Both the position numbers and the translations under genes were made by a program. The notes below the pieces were generated by a model. That model was not told the DNA's origin, did no database searches, and was given only the letters and a program-made list of their open reading frames with translations. Positions 38,321 to 53,600 of a DNA stretch of 64,000 nucleotides are shown here, one piece after another. The stretch comes from Microthyrium microscopicum. Taxonomy: Eukaryota. Position 1 is the first letter of the stretch; each line of letters opens with the position of its first letter. The stretch is taken from NCBI GenBank assembly GCA_010405405.1, contig MU004233.1:1315122-1379121 (forward strand). The letters run 5' to 3'.

Positions 38321-39050
38321 CTATATCTTCGCCTGCTTCGGCCTCTTCGCATTCTTCCCATGAACATAAGAAATCCTCCTAAACGCCTCCGCCGCCTCCC
38401 CATACAACTCGCCCCTCAACACCGAATACACCCCCATCTTCCCTTTCTCCTGCCACTTTTCTGCCAACCGTATCGCAACATCCAACATCTCATCCGGCTC
38501 CGCTACCTCATCCACCACGCCATCCGCCAACGCCTCCTTCCCTGTCCACCGATGCGCCTCCAACAGCATCTTCCTCGCCACCTGCGGTCTCAGCTTCAAC
38601 CTTGGCAACGTCCCAATGCCTTCAAAATGCAGCCCCAGATCCACCGGCGGCATACTGATGAATCCACGCCTCACATTCATGATGCGATAATCGTGTGCTA
38701 ATGCAAACGGGACTGCGCCGCCGAATGTATGGCCAGTCATTAACGCGATGGTAGGATACTGAAAGTCTAGGAGGGCGGCGAGGAGCGGGAAGAAGCCATC
38801 GGCGTTAGCATGGGGATTGAGTTCTCCTTCGTCGAGATCAAGACCGGTGCAGAAGAACTTTTGGTCGGAGCCGCGGGTTATAAGGGCGCCGGTGCGGTTG
38901 GAGGCGTTGAGTTGGGCTTCGGCGGTGCGGAGGGCGGATGATTTCTTGCGCAAAGGCCTGGTTTATGCGATTCTCTGGAGGCTTGTTCAGGGTCAGAATT
39001 ATGATGTTATTATGGCGTTCGAGGGTGAGGTTTTTGAATTGCGGAGCCAT
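38321..39050 (-). pseudogene. Enoyl-CoA hydratase/isomerase with one frameshift (pseudogene or sequence error)
   Basis: LTLNKPPENRINQAFAQEII in one frame; ALRTAEA..KFFCTGLDL..GHTFGGAVPFALAHDYRIM in another; shift at ~38935 with no intron; C-terminal AKI is PTS1-like. Confidence 0.85.
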
Positions 39051-39316
39051 TGTTGTACTAGTAATTACTACCTGGTAGTAGATACACTGGAAATTGAGAA
39101 TGAAACCCGAGGACCGGAGAATGCTTAGTTTATTGTGTAATAGATATCACGATCCAGTTGAAAGAATGAAAGGCAGCAAAGAAGTCGGATGTTGTCAGTG
39201 GTAATAATCGTGTGATCGCTCCAAACCTCGGGAATATCAAAGTGTGGGGTACATGGTTTGTATATCTTAAAACACATTCTTCGATTTGGGCTTAGATCCT
39301 TCAAGAAGTTAGCATT

Positions 39317-39876
39317 TCAATAATAACTTTCAAGTGTAGCCTTTGCAATGTTGCTGTCGTTATAAGAACCTAGGCTGAAGATAGGATCAACGATTGAGCC
39401 ACTCCCAGAAAGTAAAGCATTTACTTGTTCAACTTCATGCCAAAATAACTGGTGTACTTCCATCAACGCCAACGGCTTCCACTGCCCTTTTTGAAATAGA
39501 GGATCCGATTTTCTCATCGTATTCCATGAAGTATCCAGACCCAAACGGACTGTCTGGCAAATAAAACACTCAATGACAAATCGTTGCTGATCGAGACCAG
39601 AAATTTCATCTGCCATACCATTGGGACCACTTTTAAAACAATATGGTGGAAATCAGAGAATACCGTATGGCCTTTACAAGGTGCGGTGGTAGACACCGAA
39701 CTTGATGGGAGAGCATCAATTACTTCGTCGACTCGGACATTTGATGATCATTAACAACTTTATCTCCCAATGTGCTTGAAAACCAGGTCTTAGAATATCG
39801 AATACAATGAGAATCAAAGAGTTCGCTCATTGATATTTGCAGTGGCAGACATCACATTCGACGGGGAAAATGCCAT
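39317..39876 (-). pseudogene. Decayed tandem copy of the enoyl-CoA hydratase
   Basis: VDE/LDE, TTAPCKGHT/TIALMTGHT, FICQTVRLGL/FISMPPVDLGL, LMEVHQLFWHE/LLEAHRWTGKE, IVD/VVD in order. Confidence 0.65.
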
Positions 39877-39924
39877 TTATTCTGACTTGTTGGAAAAGTG
39901 GAAATGTTGGCAAAGCTGAGCACT

Positions 39925-40109
39925 CAATGGCATGGCGCGATAAATGGAGTTCTCCCAGCAAATCTGATGGCAGCCACCAACGCTCTTGAGTATTAAATCA
40001 TTCGAATTTAAACGTCCTTCGTCGCACATAAAAGCACTCAATAAAAGAGCGTAGCGCTTGGAGCCAACGAGGCTGATGGAAGAATGCCATTTATTGTGAC
40101 GAGTGGTTG
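39925..40109 (-). mobile_element. Degenerate MITE copy, 185 bp
   Basis: Ends caatggcatggcgcgataaatgg... and ...gccatttattgtgacgagtggttg; internal gctacgctc..gagtgcttt on the minus strand; no 6-bp TSD. Confidence 0.8.
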
Positions 40110-41299
40110 GGAGGGAAACTTTGACAAGGCTGAGCACTTTTCAGCCTTGCGCTAGGCTGCGTTGGTGCACTGCCACATGGTTCCAGGAGAAGTTTCTACT
40201 CCCCCCTTCTAGAGGCCCCCCCTATCCAGAGACCCCCCTTTAGGGATCCTAGCGCGCTATTGCTATAGCTATCTTTTATATAGAGACGCTATTTAAAAGC
40301 TAGCTATAGTAATAGCGCTATTAGTTAGTATTAAATTAGATACTAATCTAGAAGGCCTTTTTAAAAGAAATATAAATCCTTTAAAATTATATTATAACCT
40401 TAAATTTAGTATTAGAATATATTAATTTTTATAAATAAGAAGATTAAAAATAGCTAACTTTATTTACTAAATTACGTATAATTACTAAATTCTATAAATA
40501 TAAGAATTATATCCTAATTTATTATAAGAACTAGACTTTTAGTTTATATTCTTTAGATTAATATATTTACCTCTAATAAGCTTTCTCTTCTTTTATTTTA
40601 GACTCTAAGTCTTAATTTTAAGGATTTCTAATAGTAAAAAAAAGGAATTAGAATTAAATTTAAGATTAAGAATAAAGATAAGACTTATAGTATAATTAAT
40701 TATATTATCTTTATCTTCTTTAAAGTTAAAATAGTACTTCTTAATAATTTAAAAAAAGTAGATTTAATTTATAAATTCTATAAAATCTTTACGTAAATAT
40801 TAAATTATAGTAATAATATATAAGTAGAGAAATAACTTATCTTACTAATATAAATAGCTATAAGATTAAATATAAAGACTTAATCTATAGTCCTTTATAT
40901 TTTACTAGTTCTTACTACGTATTTAATTAATTACTAAAGCTTTAAAAATATTATTATTAATACTACTCTAAGAATTAACTATATATAATAAAAATTAAGC
41001 TCTATTTAACTTAAAATATTCTTAAAATAAATTTTATATATATAAAATAAAGAATATATATAAAATTAAGTAATAAAAAGGTAAATATTTAAGAATAATA
41101 GTAATAGTATAAGATTAATCTATACGCTTTTATATAATATAGTTCTAAATAACGTTAAGTATAAAAAGAGAATAATTCTCTCTTATAAAAAATATAGTAA
41201 TATTAATAGATTTAATATAGTTTAAAGTTATTATACTATATTTTAGATTCTTAAAATCTTTAAGAACCTATTATTTAGAAAAATAGAAATAGATAGTCT

Positions 41300-44200
41300 T
41301 ATAAGAACAGGAATACGAGTAGCGCCGTTATAAAGGTATAGAAAGGATATAATTGAACTAGTGTAAACTAGCGTATTATATTATATACTAAATAATAGTG
41401 TATAGAATCTCTAAAGCCTCTAGAATTAGGAGGAATTCTAGGGCATTAAATATACCTAAGGGAATAAAGATTATCTTAACCTTTGTTAGTAATCTACAAA
41501 GATCTAATAAAGATCTTTAATTAGATTATAAAGATCTTTAATTAGATAATAAAGACTATAAAGAACTAATAGCTAAATAGGTTAGTTCTAAAAGAATACT
41601 AGTATTAAATCTAGTTATTCTTATACGCTCCCTTAATATTTATTCTATTAGAATTTAATTTATTTAAGGTGTTTTTTAACTATAGTTAGACCTACTAACT
41701 ATATCTTCTTATAATCTAGTATTTTAGATTATATTATAACTAGTAATATAGTTATATTTTAACTTTTCTAATAAGTTAATTTAGTAAGTAGATTTCTTAC
41801 TTTCTTTATTATTTCTAGCTTTTTAGCTATTTTATTTATTTATCTTCTAACTCCTAGATTAGGTGCTAAGTAATTAAATATAATAGAATTTAATCCTTTA
41901 GTAAATATATCTACTAGCTAATTCTTAGTATTAATATAATTTAATACTACTATTTTATTTTGTACGTTTTCTTTTATAAAGTAATATTATATATCTATAT
42001 ATTTAGATCTAGCGTAATATTCTAGATTATTAGCTAGTTCTATAGTAGATTTACTATCTATAAATATATTAATAGATTTATATTTAATTACGTTAATTTC
42101 ATTAAGTAATTCTTTTAGAAACATTAGTTCTTTAACTATTTCTTTTAAAGTAATATATTCTGCTTTGTAACTAGATAATGCTACGAATTTCTATAGTTTA
42201 CTAAACTAACTAATTACGTTATTTCCTAATTTAAATACGTAATTAGTAGTAGATTATCTAGAATCTAAATTACCCTCCTAATCTAAGTCTAAGAATCCTA
42301 TTAATTCTATATTAGATTAAGTTATTTTATACTAGTTACTAGCTATATAAACTAGTTTATAATCTTTAGTATAATTTAGATATTTCTATACTTTATCTAA
42401 TAATTTAAAGTATTCTTCTAAAGGATTAGCTATAAATCTAGCGTAGAAATTAATAGAATATGCTATATTTAGCTTTATTTTAGTAGTTAAATAAATTAGC
42501 GCTTCTACCTATTATTAGTATAGTTTTAAATTAATTAAATTAATATTTTTATTGCTATTTTTTCTACTTTTAATATCTAGTTCTATAGATATAGAATAGA
42601 GCTTTAAATCCTTTTTATTAAATCGTTTAATAATATTATTTAAATATTTTTCTTAGCTTAATTCTAGTATTCTTCTAGATCTATCTCTTTTAATTTAAAT
42701 TTCTAGAAATATATTTACTTTACTTAAGTTAGTTACTTTTAAGTCTAAATATAATTTAGTATAAAGATTATTAATATCTTTTAAACTTAGGCTAAATACT
42801 AATATATTATCTACGTAAATAAGAATTATAATATTAAACTCTATATTCTTATATAAGCATAGTAAGATAATTTAAATCTATACTTATTTAATACTATAGT
42901 TAGATAATTAAGCTATAGTCTAGGAGACTATTTTAAGCTATATAGTACTTTATTTAGCTTATATACTTTATTTTTAGTATTTTCTATTATAAATCTAATT
43001 AGTTATTCTAGATAAATATCTTTATCTATTTTAGCGTAAATAAATACGTTTTTAATATCTTATTACTATACTTCTAAATTTAGTAAATTACTTATAGAAA
43101 ATAATATTCTATAAGCTTCTACTCTATACGTAAATACATAGGTTTTATTATAATCTAAACCTAGTTCTTATATAAATCCTTTTACTACCTATTTAGCTTT
43201 ATATTTAACTAGATTATTAAGAGCGTCTATTTTAATTTTATATACCTAGCAGCCTCTAAGAACCTTTAAATTTATAGAATAATCTACTAAATTCTAAGTC
43301 TTTTATAGTTCTAATTTATCTACTTTAGCTTTTATAGCTTTTAACTATTTATTTTTATCTAAGCTTTTAATAGCTTAATTATATGTTTTAAGTTCTTTAT
43401 TTAGCAGATTACTTTCTATTATAATAAATACGTTATCTTCTTCTAAATTAGCTAAATCTAGGGTTATATTATTATTAATAGTAGGTTTATTAATTATAAT
43501 ACTAGCTATTTTAACTTAATTTTTTAAGTTATCTATTTTAATAACGTTAATTTAATTAATATTATTTTCTACTACTTTATTTTTTATAATAAAATCTATT
43601 AGCTCCTTTTTTTTATAATTTTCTATATTATAAAGTTCTTTTTTATAATATTTATTTTTAAATATAACTAAATCTTTAACCCATTAAGTAGATTTAGATT
43701 TAATATTATAGATTTTAAATATATTAGTGCCTAGGCTAACTAGAATTCTAGGTTTTGCCTTAAAATCTAGCTTTTTTAAACCTATACTTTTATCTTTATA
43801 TAAAACTATAAATCTAAAGATTTTTAACTAATTTAATTTTAGTTTTATATTATATTTATACTTATAGAGTATTTTATTATCTAGGCTACTATTTAGCGTT
43901 TTATTATAAATATAAATAGCTATTAAAGTAGCTTCTCCTTAAAAGGTTTTAAGTAGATTACTCTCTTTTAATATTATATTTATTTTAGTAATAATTATAT
44001 AGTTATAAATTTCTATTATACTATTTTGTTTATATATATAAGGAGCACTATATTCTTATCTAACGCCTTCTTCTTTTAGAAAGTTATTAAGCTTTCTATT
44101 TTTAAATTCTTAACCTTTATTAAATTTAAAAGTAATTAATCTTCTTTTATTATTACTATTATTATAATAGTATTTATTTTTAACTAAACGTTTAATTTCT

Positions 44201-46684
44201 ACTATATTAGGATATATTTTATCCTTAGTACGTAGTAAATATATTTCTAAATATCTAGTAGTAACGTCTATAGCTAGTAGAATATAATAGAAACTATTAA
44301 AAGTAGTTAGATTTATAGGGCTATATAAATTAGCTACTATCTTATCTAAGAAGTATTTTAGTTTCTTTATTATATTTTTATTTTTACAATTAGTTAATTT
44401 ACTTTTAATATATATATTATATTTACTAGAATTAAATTTACCTAAATTTATAATAGCTATTAATTTAGCTTTATATAATAGATATAATTTTCTACTAGAA
44501 GTATATTCTAGTCTTTTATACTATACTAAGGTAAATAGCATTACTAGCTTTTTAGCTTTCTTTTTATTATTATTACTTATGATAAAAGTAGTTATTCTAG
44601 AAATAAAATAATTCTCTATATCTAATTTAAGTAGATATAAGTTATTAACTTTAAGAGCTATTATAATAAGCTTTTTATCTTTATAAATTAGAGCTATATT
44701 ATCTTTAAATTCTATAGTAAAATTAGAAGATAACTTACTTATAGAAATTAAATTAACGCCTAGATTAAGATAATATAAATAGTCTTTTAATTTAAATAAT
44801 ATTTTACTAAGTCTAACTACTATATCTCTAATTCTAGTAGCTATAATAGTACCTACTTTATCCTAATTAATAGGAATATTATATAGTTTAAAATAATAAA
44901 ACTATATCTTATCTACTATTAAATAAGAACTAGCCCCTAAATCTAATATAAAATTAGTAGGTTTACTTATAGTAGAAGGTAATAATACGTATGCTTATTC
45001 CTTAGTATTTAAGTAATTTATAATATCTTTATAAGCGCCTAGTATCTTAAGCTTAATAATATTAGATTCTTTGCTTTTAGTACTTTTATTATCTAGATCT
45101 AGATTAAAGTCTAGCTCTATTAATAAATCTAGGTTAGAACTAGTAGTAACTAGTACCTAATCTTCTATTCTAGCTTAAATAAGCTTAGTAGATTTAGATT
45201 TCTTACTAGAATCTTTTAAAATCTTGTTATTATTTAGCGTCTTTTAAGTTATTAATTTAATTCTTAGCTTACTATAGTTAATAGTAATATTAGCTCGTTC
45301 TTAATGTTTAAATAACTCTCTAGTTCTTAGAGAATATTTAGCTATATTTAGATTATTATTAGATCTAGATCTAGATTCTTATTCATCTATTTTGCCTTTA
45401 TAATAAAACTAATAGCTTACTAAGTAATAGCCTATCTTTTTATAGTAGTAGTACTATTTACTAGAATTAAGTTAATTATTATATCTAGCGCTATATTAGT
45501 TATTAGATCTATTATTAGATCTATAATTATTATAGAGTGCTATTTCTTTTTCTAAGTATTCTTATCTTCTAAATTCGTTTAGTAAGTTAGTAAATAGAAC
45601 TTCTAAATCTATCTTTAGTATCTTATTATAGTAAGATTATATAATAATACTAACAAAAGTGTTATAGCTTAATATTAGCCTATTAAGTAACTAGGTAGCT
45701 ACGACCTATTTTAGTAATTATATATCTTTTAAAATAAGTTAATTAAATAATGATTTAATTTAATTTAGAAACTCTTCTATAGAGTTAAATTAAGTTAGGC
45801 TAATATTAAAGAATTCCTTATAAATAAGGAATTTACTAGAGAAACCTTTAGAACTATATAAATTACTAAGAGCTATCTAGGTCTCTAAAGCTATATTATA
45901 TTTACTAACTTATAGTAAGAGTCTATTATCTAAGGCTAGCCTAATATAGAATAATACTTTAGCGTCTATTTTAGCCTAAATAACTACGTTATCTTTAATA
46001 GCCTTATCTATCTCTTTATTTACTAGAATAGTATATATTTATAGCTTCTATATATTATAATTATTAGAACTACGTAATTTCGTAATCTTATAAGGATCTA
46101 TAGCTTCTTATTAGTTAAATCTAATAGTACTAAAAATTTAAAGCTAAAATATCTATTTTTAGTAAAGATATTATTAAGTAATATTAGTTAAATTTACTTA
46201 TTCTTATATAGAAGTAATAGAGTATAGTTAAAATATATATATAAGGATATGGCGTTTAAAGCTTCTTATTAGTTAAATACTTACTAGCATTGTTTCTTTA
46301 TTCTTAAAGAGGTTAGTTTTAATTAAATACTTTTTAGCTTTATTCTAGGCTTATAACCTATAAGAATAGGAATATAAGTAGCGCCATTATAAAGATATAG
46401 AAAGGATATAATTAGACTAGTATAAACTAGTATATTATATTATATACTAAATAATAGTATATAGAATCTCTAAAGCCTCTAGAATTAGGAGGAATTCTAG
46501 AGCATTAAATATACCTAAGGGAATAAAGATTATCTTAACCTTTGTTAGTAATCTATAAAGATCTAATAAAGATCTTTAATTAGATTATAAAGATCTTTAA
46601 TTAGATAATAAAGACTATAAAGAACTAATAGCCAAATAGGTTAGTTCTAAAAGAATACTAGTATTAAATCTAGTTATTCTTATA
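41300..46684 (-). mobile_element. Nested RIP-inactivated Copia element, 5385 bp
   Basis: 326-bp LTRs 41300-41625 and 46359-46684; TSD AGTCT; PBS ggttataagcc and PPT on the minus strand; YVDN (~42810) and RSKYIDI (~42000) remnants. Confidence 0.92.
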
Positions 46685-47654
46685 AGTCTTAATATATTTA
46701 GCGTTAAAAATAATATAATCTTAATAAAGAAAAGAATTAAACTAGTTTTAAGAGGTATAGCTAATATATTAAAGTATACATTTACTTATAGCTATTAAAT
46801 AGTATTTTTTAGTAATGTTCTTAAATAGATACTATATATACTACTTAGAATTTATATTTATAAATACCTTAGGAATAGTATTTTAAAGACCTTTATTATA
46901 ATTTAAAAGAATTATAAAATAAAGTATTAAAAATAGAGTAAATTAAATAAAGTAAAAAGATATAAAAATATAGAAAGTACTATAGAATTATAATATTATA
47001 ATATTTAATACGTTTAATAAGATATACTAAGATTATTAAGGGCTAGAATATTTAATATTCTAGCTAATAGGCTAATAAAAAGATCTTTAAGTAAATAGAA
47101 ATATTTCTTATCTTTTTACTTACCTATCTTAATTCCTAGTATTACTTTATTTAAGCACCTATAAAATTATTTCTAAGACTTATTTAACTTACTTTTAAAT
47201 ACTACCTATATATAAATTAATAATTCCTTATTATTATTAATACCTATAATTATAATAAAACGTAAATTATAGTCTTTTTTATAATAATACGTATCTAAAT
47301 AAATAATTCTAAATATATTTACTTATAAAATTCTATTAACGCGTAAATAGATAAATACGTATCTATACTATTTCTCTACTATTAATTTAATACTTATAAA
47401 TATATTAAGATTAGTTTATTTTAAGTATTAAATATAATTAAGAAACTAGAGATAAAAATCTAAGAAGTTATTAATAAACCTCTTAAATATTTTCCTTTTA
47501 GTTTTATTAATTTAATACGTACTTAATTTATAATTAATAAAATAAAGTAATATATCTTATACGTCTTAAATAGACGTTCTTAGTAAGATAGTACCTATAC
47601 TTCTATTAATATTTTAGTAATAGTCTTTACTTATAATCCTATTACTTATAATAG

Positions 47655-50600
47655 TGTAACAAGCTGTAGAACTTAAGCGAGTAGATAATTAGATTGTATT
47701 CTAGAATCTATAAATAGAAGAGAGAGAGAAGAAGATCTAGAAAAGCTATAAATTTATAAGGGAAGTAAGTCTACTTAGTAGATCCTTAGATACGCTAACT
47801 TCCTTAAGTCTAGTACGTAATTTTATAATAAGATCTCTTTTATAATACTACTATAAAGCTTATAAAGAGAAATTATTATATAACTTCCTCCTTTAGTATA
47901 GCTCTCTAGGCTATAGACTACTAATTATATCTACTTTCTTAATTTATTTTATTCTAATCTAGTCTAGTCTAATCTAGTCTAGTCTAGTCTAATCTAGTCT
48001 AATAAACTTTTAGTAATAAATGATATTTTAATCCTTCTATAATATAATACTAACCTTACTAGTTATTTAAAGTATCTTAATCTCTAGCCTACTAAGGTAA
48101 CTATTAAGAAGTATTAACGAACCCTAAGATATTTTTAGAATACTTTAGTTCTTAAGTCCTAGTAATTTAGTAGTTAGTAATCCTATTAATATAGAGAAAT
48201 TAGTAATATAATTATTTACTCTTTCTAATTAGTAAAAACGCTATTAGAGTTATAATTAATACTATTATTAGTAGGCTCTAGTATTAATAGTATCTAGTTA
48301 AAATATAGGCCTAGCTTATTAAGGTACTAAGTATAAAACTTAGTAATAAGCTCTAGCGCGTTCTTAGTAGTTATCTAATTATACTATTTAGCTTTATTAT
48401 AACTAGTATACTTAATTTTATATTATAGCTTCTTATATTAACTAGCAAAGTAGCTATTAATAATAGCGTTAATAAACTATTTATTATTATCTATAATTTC
48501 TCTAATAACTATTAGTAGTAAATTAGTATACTTAAGTAGCTTAACGTTATTTATAATATAGTAAAGAACCTAGGCGTAGAAGATATTATATATCTTTATA
48601 AAAGAGGAGAGATTAAGTTTATAAGTAATAGTATTAATCTTCTTAATTATATAAAAAAGGCTTATGTTTTTATCGTCTAAAATCTTTAAAGAATATAAAG
48701 TAAAGTAGTTTTATATATTTAAGTAAACCTAGTTACCTAGTACTAGGTCTAAAGCTATATAGTAATAATAATTAGTATATTTTGCCTATTAAGTTTATAC
48801 CTAGATTAATTACTCTATTAAATAATTATATATCTTAGTATAACTCTTCTATATTATATTTATATTAATAGCTTCTTTATTAGTAGCTATAGAGGCGTTT
48901 ATAGGTTTTAGGAAGTAATATAAGGACTTAAGACCTAAATAAGAATTAAATCTATTTTAAGCTTTAAAAGGTATAACTCCTATAGTAGCGTTTATAATAG
49001 AATTAATTATAAATTTAGTAAAGGGTAGAAGGGCTACCTAGTTATTTTAATCTTAATTAATAAATGCTTATAAAAACTACTTAAATATAGTAACTAAGAT
49101 TTCTATTATACTATTAGTTTTAGAATAAAATACTATACTAAGATAGAGTATTATGCTTATACGTTTATATAAGCACTTCTAGAATATAGAAGTAAATTAA
49201 CTACTATAGTCTAAGAGAATTATTAATAGCTAGCTAACGAGCTTCTATATATAGTTAATAAAGGCTAGTACTATTAAGTTTATAGATAGGTCTAGTAGTA
49301 AAATAAAACGCTAGGTTTATATATATTAATTAATAATTATTATAATATATTAGTAAATTATACCTTAGTATAAATAGTAAGGTAGTAAGATAGTAAAGTT
49401 AATAGAGATATCTAACTATATATACTTAGGGAGAGGGAATTAATATAGAAAGCTTTACTTCTTTTAATAAATAGGTTTAGTAAATACGTATTTATAGCCC
49501 TTAATAAAACTTTTAATATCTTATAATATCTTAAGCTACTAGTAATCTTCTTATAGGTAATAATAAGTTATTATTACTTTACTATAGCTTATAGCTTTAT
49601 AGCTATATATACTCTATATAGCGTAATACTAAAGCTTACTTTAAAAAATAAAGATTTAATTATAATAGAGGATTATCTTATTAATAGCTACTACGTAGTC
49701 TTTAAGCTTAATTTACTCTTATTCTAGAGTACTAAAAGATAAGAAGAGCTAGTAATTAGTCTTAGTATAATAAATAGTAATTATTATTTTATTATACTCT
49801 ATTACGTTTATAATATTCTATAGGAACTAGTTACTATTAAAATCTAAGAATAGATTATCTCTTAAAGAATTAAGTAGCTTACCCTTAGGCGTCTCATTAT
49901 TACTAAGAGACTCTCTTATAGAATTAAGTAGCTTACTTATAGGATTAAAAATATCTAACTTATTCTAAGTAATAATAGCTAAGTATAGTATTAAGAAATA
50001 AGTAAGTTTAATAAGTAATATAGCTAGCTTTATTACGTATTCTATATTAAATTAGTATAGAAATAGTAAAAGTTAGACTTATTAAAAGATATAAAGGTTA
50101 TTATTACTTTATAGAATGTCTTATAACTAATAGATAAGAGTATCTATCTTTTTATTAGCTATACCTAGATAGTACTTTATCTTAAAATAAAACTAGGAGA
50201 GGAACTTAGCTTATTTAGCTTATTATTAAAAGAAATATTTTATTATTATAAACGTCTAAAGGTTATAATAATTAGAGAATACTTAAATAAGATTAATAAA
50301 GCTAAATAGCTTTAATTCTTACTCTTTAAATATATAGATAATAGCTAAAAGCTCTTTATTATAAATATTATAATTATATTTTACTAAAGTTATCTTCTTT
50401 AAAAAGTATATAACTAAGTAAAGCTTCCTATTATTATTCTTCTAAGAAAAGACTATAATATAAACCTAATCTAAGGCGTCTATCTCTAACTATATTTTTT
50501 TTATATAGTTAAAGTAACGTAATATTTTAGTAAATATAAAGTCTTACTTTAACTTCTTAAACGTATATTTTTTTAGCTTATTAAAGTCTTAAGGAAAGAT

Positions 50601-53600
50601 TATTATAGCGTTTTTCTTTATAAGTACTATTAGTAATGCTATAGTCTTTAAATATTTAAGAATAAATTAGTAGTAGAAATTAGTAAAGCTAAGAAAAGCT
50701 TAAACGTCTTTTATTAAAGAAGAACGTTATTAGTTAACTACGCTTTAAACCTTTTTTAGATCTATCTTAATACCTTTAGTAGTAATAATTAGGCTAAGGT
50801 ATTTAACTTATTAAGTATTAAATTTATACTTTTAGATATCTAAATATAATTCTACTTTACTTATTACTTCTAAAACTAGGTAGATATAAGTAGTATAGCT
50901 AGCTTTAGTATTACTAAAGACTAATAGATTATCTATATAGCCTATAATAAAGTTATCTAAATAATTAATTAGAATATAGTTAAAATAAGCTTAAAAGGTC
51001 CTTAGGGCTTTAGTAAAGCTAAAGAGCATAACTTTAAATTTATATAACTTATAATAAGTTAAGAATATAGTTTTATATTTATTATTAAGTTTAATATAGA
51101 TATATATAAAGGCGATAATAATATTAAATTTAGAAAAGTATTTTATATAATAAATATAGGTAAGTATTTCTAGTAGCTATAAAAGAACGTTATAATTCTT
51201 TTATATAATCTTATTAAGTCTATAATAATTAATATAAACTTAAATTCCTTTCCTTAGCTTATATATATATAATATTAGTATAATATAATGCAATTTACTA
51301 GCTTAAACTTAATCTTAACTAAGTATCTAATTAATATATTATTTAATAATAAGAGATTCTTAGTAACCTAGGCTATTATAGTAGCGTTTAGGAATTATAA
51401 CGTTTAAAATAATATTAATAGAATAATCCTATTTACTATAGTATAATATAAGTTTATTACCTAATTTTAAATTAAAGATATCTATATAATAGTAATATTC
51501 CTTTAGTAGGCGTTTAAGAATCTCTTCTTATAAGAGAAAAGGCTTATTATACTTCTCTTACTATTTTTTAAAATCCTTTAGTAAGATTTTACTTAAGTTA
51601 ATAGCAACGTCTTTCTTTAATATAGGATTTAGATTTAGAGGTTTCTTTTCCTTTTTATCTTTAAAGTTATTAGGCTAAATTTTACTAAATTACTAGCCTT
51701 ATTCTAATAACTTAATAAAGGTAGTAGTACTAACTATAATAATGTTTTTAAAACAAAAGTCTATTAGATTAACTAAGTAGCCCTTATAATTTACTAAGAT
51801 TAAGTAGCTTACTAATAAGTAGTATATAAAGTAGTAGTTTAAGTTAAAGTAAATTTACTTCTTACTTCCTTTAAGAGTAATCTTATAAAGGTTAATCTAA
51901 GGGTTACTAAGAATAAGGTTATAGCTAGTAACATTTATAATAAAGTAGTAGATTTACTTAATATACCTTTCTAAATAGATATTAACTATAGTAGCTTTAT
52001 TAACTTTCGTAATAGCCTTACTATTAATTAATTATATAATTTAAAAAATAAAAAAATTAATAGTAAGGATTCTATATTATTTAATAAAGTTAAAGTAAAT
52101 AATTCTTATTACTCTACTACTAGTATCTATAAGGATATTAATTTTTAAGTAGTAGCCTTATTTTAGAAAGAATATAGTACTAGAAATAGTTTATTAATTA
52201 CTTACTATAAGTATAGTAGCTACTTCTTAGAGATAAAAATTATATATTATAGAGATAAGGAATATCTTAATAATAACTAGTTTAGTATTATTAAATATAA
52301 TAGGCTCTAAGAATAATACTTATTAAAGATTACCTTCTAGGCGTTAAATAGTCTTATTAACCTTATATTAAATTTATTCTTTAAAGAGAACTAGCTTAGA
52401 GTTAGGTTCCTTCTTCTTTTATTACTAATTATATACTTCTTACTTATTTAACTCCTTTATACATCTTTATAAAAGAGCTTTTAGTTTTCTATATTATTAT
52501 TATAATTATACTTATTATAATTATTCTCTATAGTTAGAGACTAAAGAGATTAAGTAGTAATTTAATTATAAATAGTAATAAACTTTATAATAATAATAGT
52601 AACCTTTAGTTAGATTTTAGTATCTAAAAGAGTATCTCTATTTTTATATAGTACTAAGTTATACTAATAGCTATAGCCCTTTTCTTTATACTTTATATAA
52701 TAATTATTAGCCTTTAAGGTATTATAAATATCTAAAGGATAGTTATACTTTAGTTTATATCTACTACCCTTAGCTACTAGATAATTATTATTATTATAAC
52801 TTTATAGATTAATAAAGAAGACGTATTTAATATAATAAATAATAGTATATAAGCTTTTAAGAAAGTTAGTAAATATTTTTAATTTTATAAAGAGTACTCT
52901 CTTTATAAACTTTAGTAGTAGAAGAGGACGTATTTTAATAATTTTATCTTAATTATTAAGCTTAGCTTCTTATAAGTTTTTTAAGAAGTAAGCTAGGAAT
53001 TATTTAAGCTTCTTAGTAAGCTTTATTATAGCTTCTTAACTTTTAAGCTAAGTCTTAGTAATAATATAGCTATCTTTAATACTATACTTATAATCTAGAT
53101 TAGACTATATCTTTACTATAAATAAATATAAGTTAGTTAACTTATAGTTACTCTACTTATTAATAGTACTAAATACCTAATCCTTTATTACTCCTTAGAT
53201 AACTTAGATCTTAGAAGCTTTTATAAAATAGACTTATATATTATTATTAAGATAATCTAATACTTTATCTTTTTAAGCGTAGTACTTCTACTTATCTTTT
53301 TTTAAGAAGAATAAAGGCTTATTACCTTATACTTTAAAAAGAAAAGCGCTATTAATTAAGTTAAGGTTAAAGAAGAGAATAGTTTAATATAAGTTTAGTA
53401 CCCCTAAAGATATATTTAAGTTAGATTAGTTTATATCTTAAGCTAAGAAAGTTTAATAAAATAGATTATTATTTACTAACTTATTATAATTAAGATAGAG
53501 ATTAGTTACCTTAGTAGCTAAAAGTTTCTTTTAAAGGGCGTTAACTTAAGCTTAAAAGATAGTAGCTTTATCTATCTTCTTTTATAGAGCCTTATAGTAT

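Noticed and set aside
39698..39735. gatgggaga word resembling a MITE end
   Set aside because: Lacks the ttattttg block and terminus; better explained as part of the hydratase ghost.
47950..48002. (tctag)n microsatellite, and tandem repeats at 23570-24240
   Set aside because: Internal parts of RIPed retroelements.
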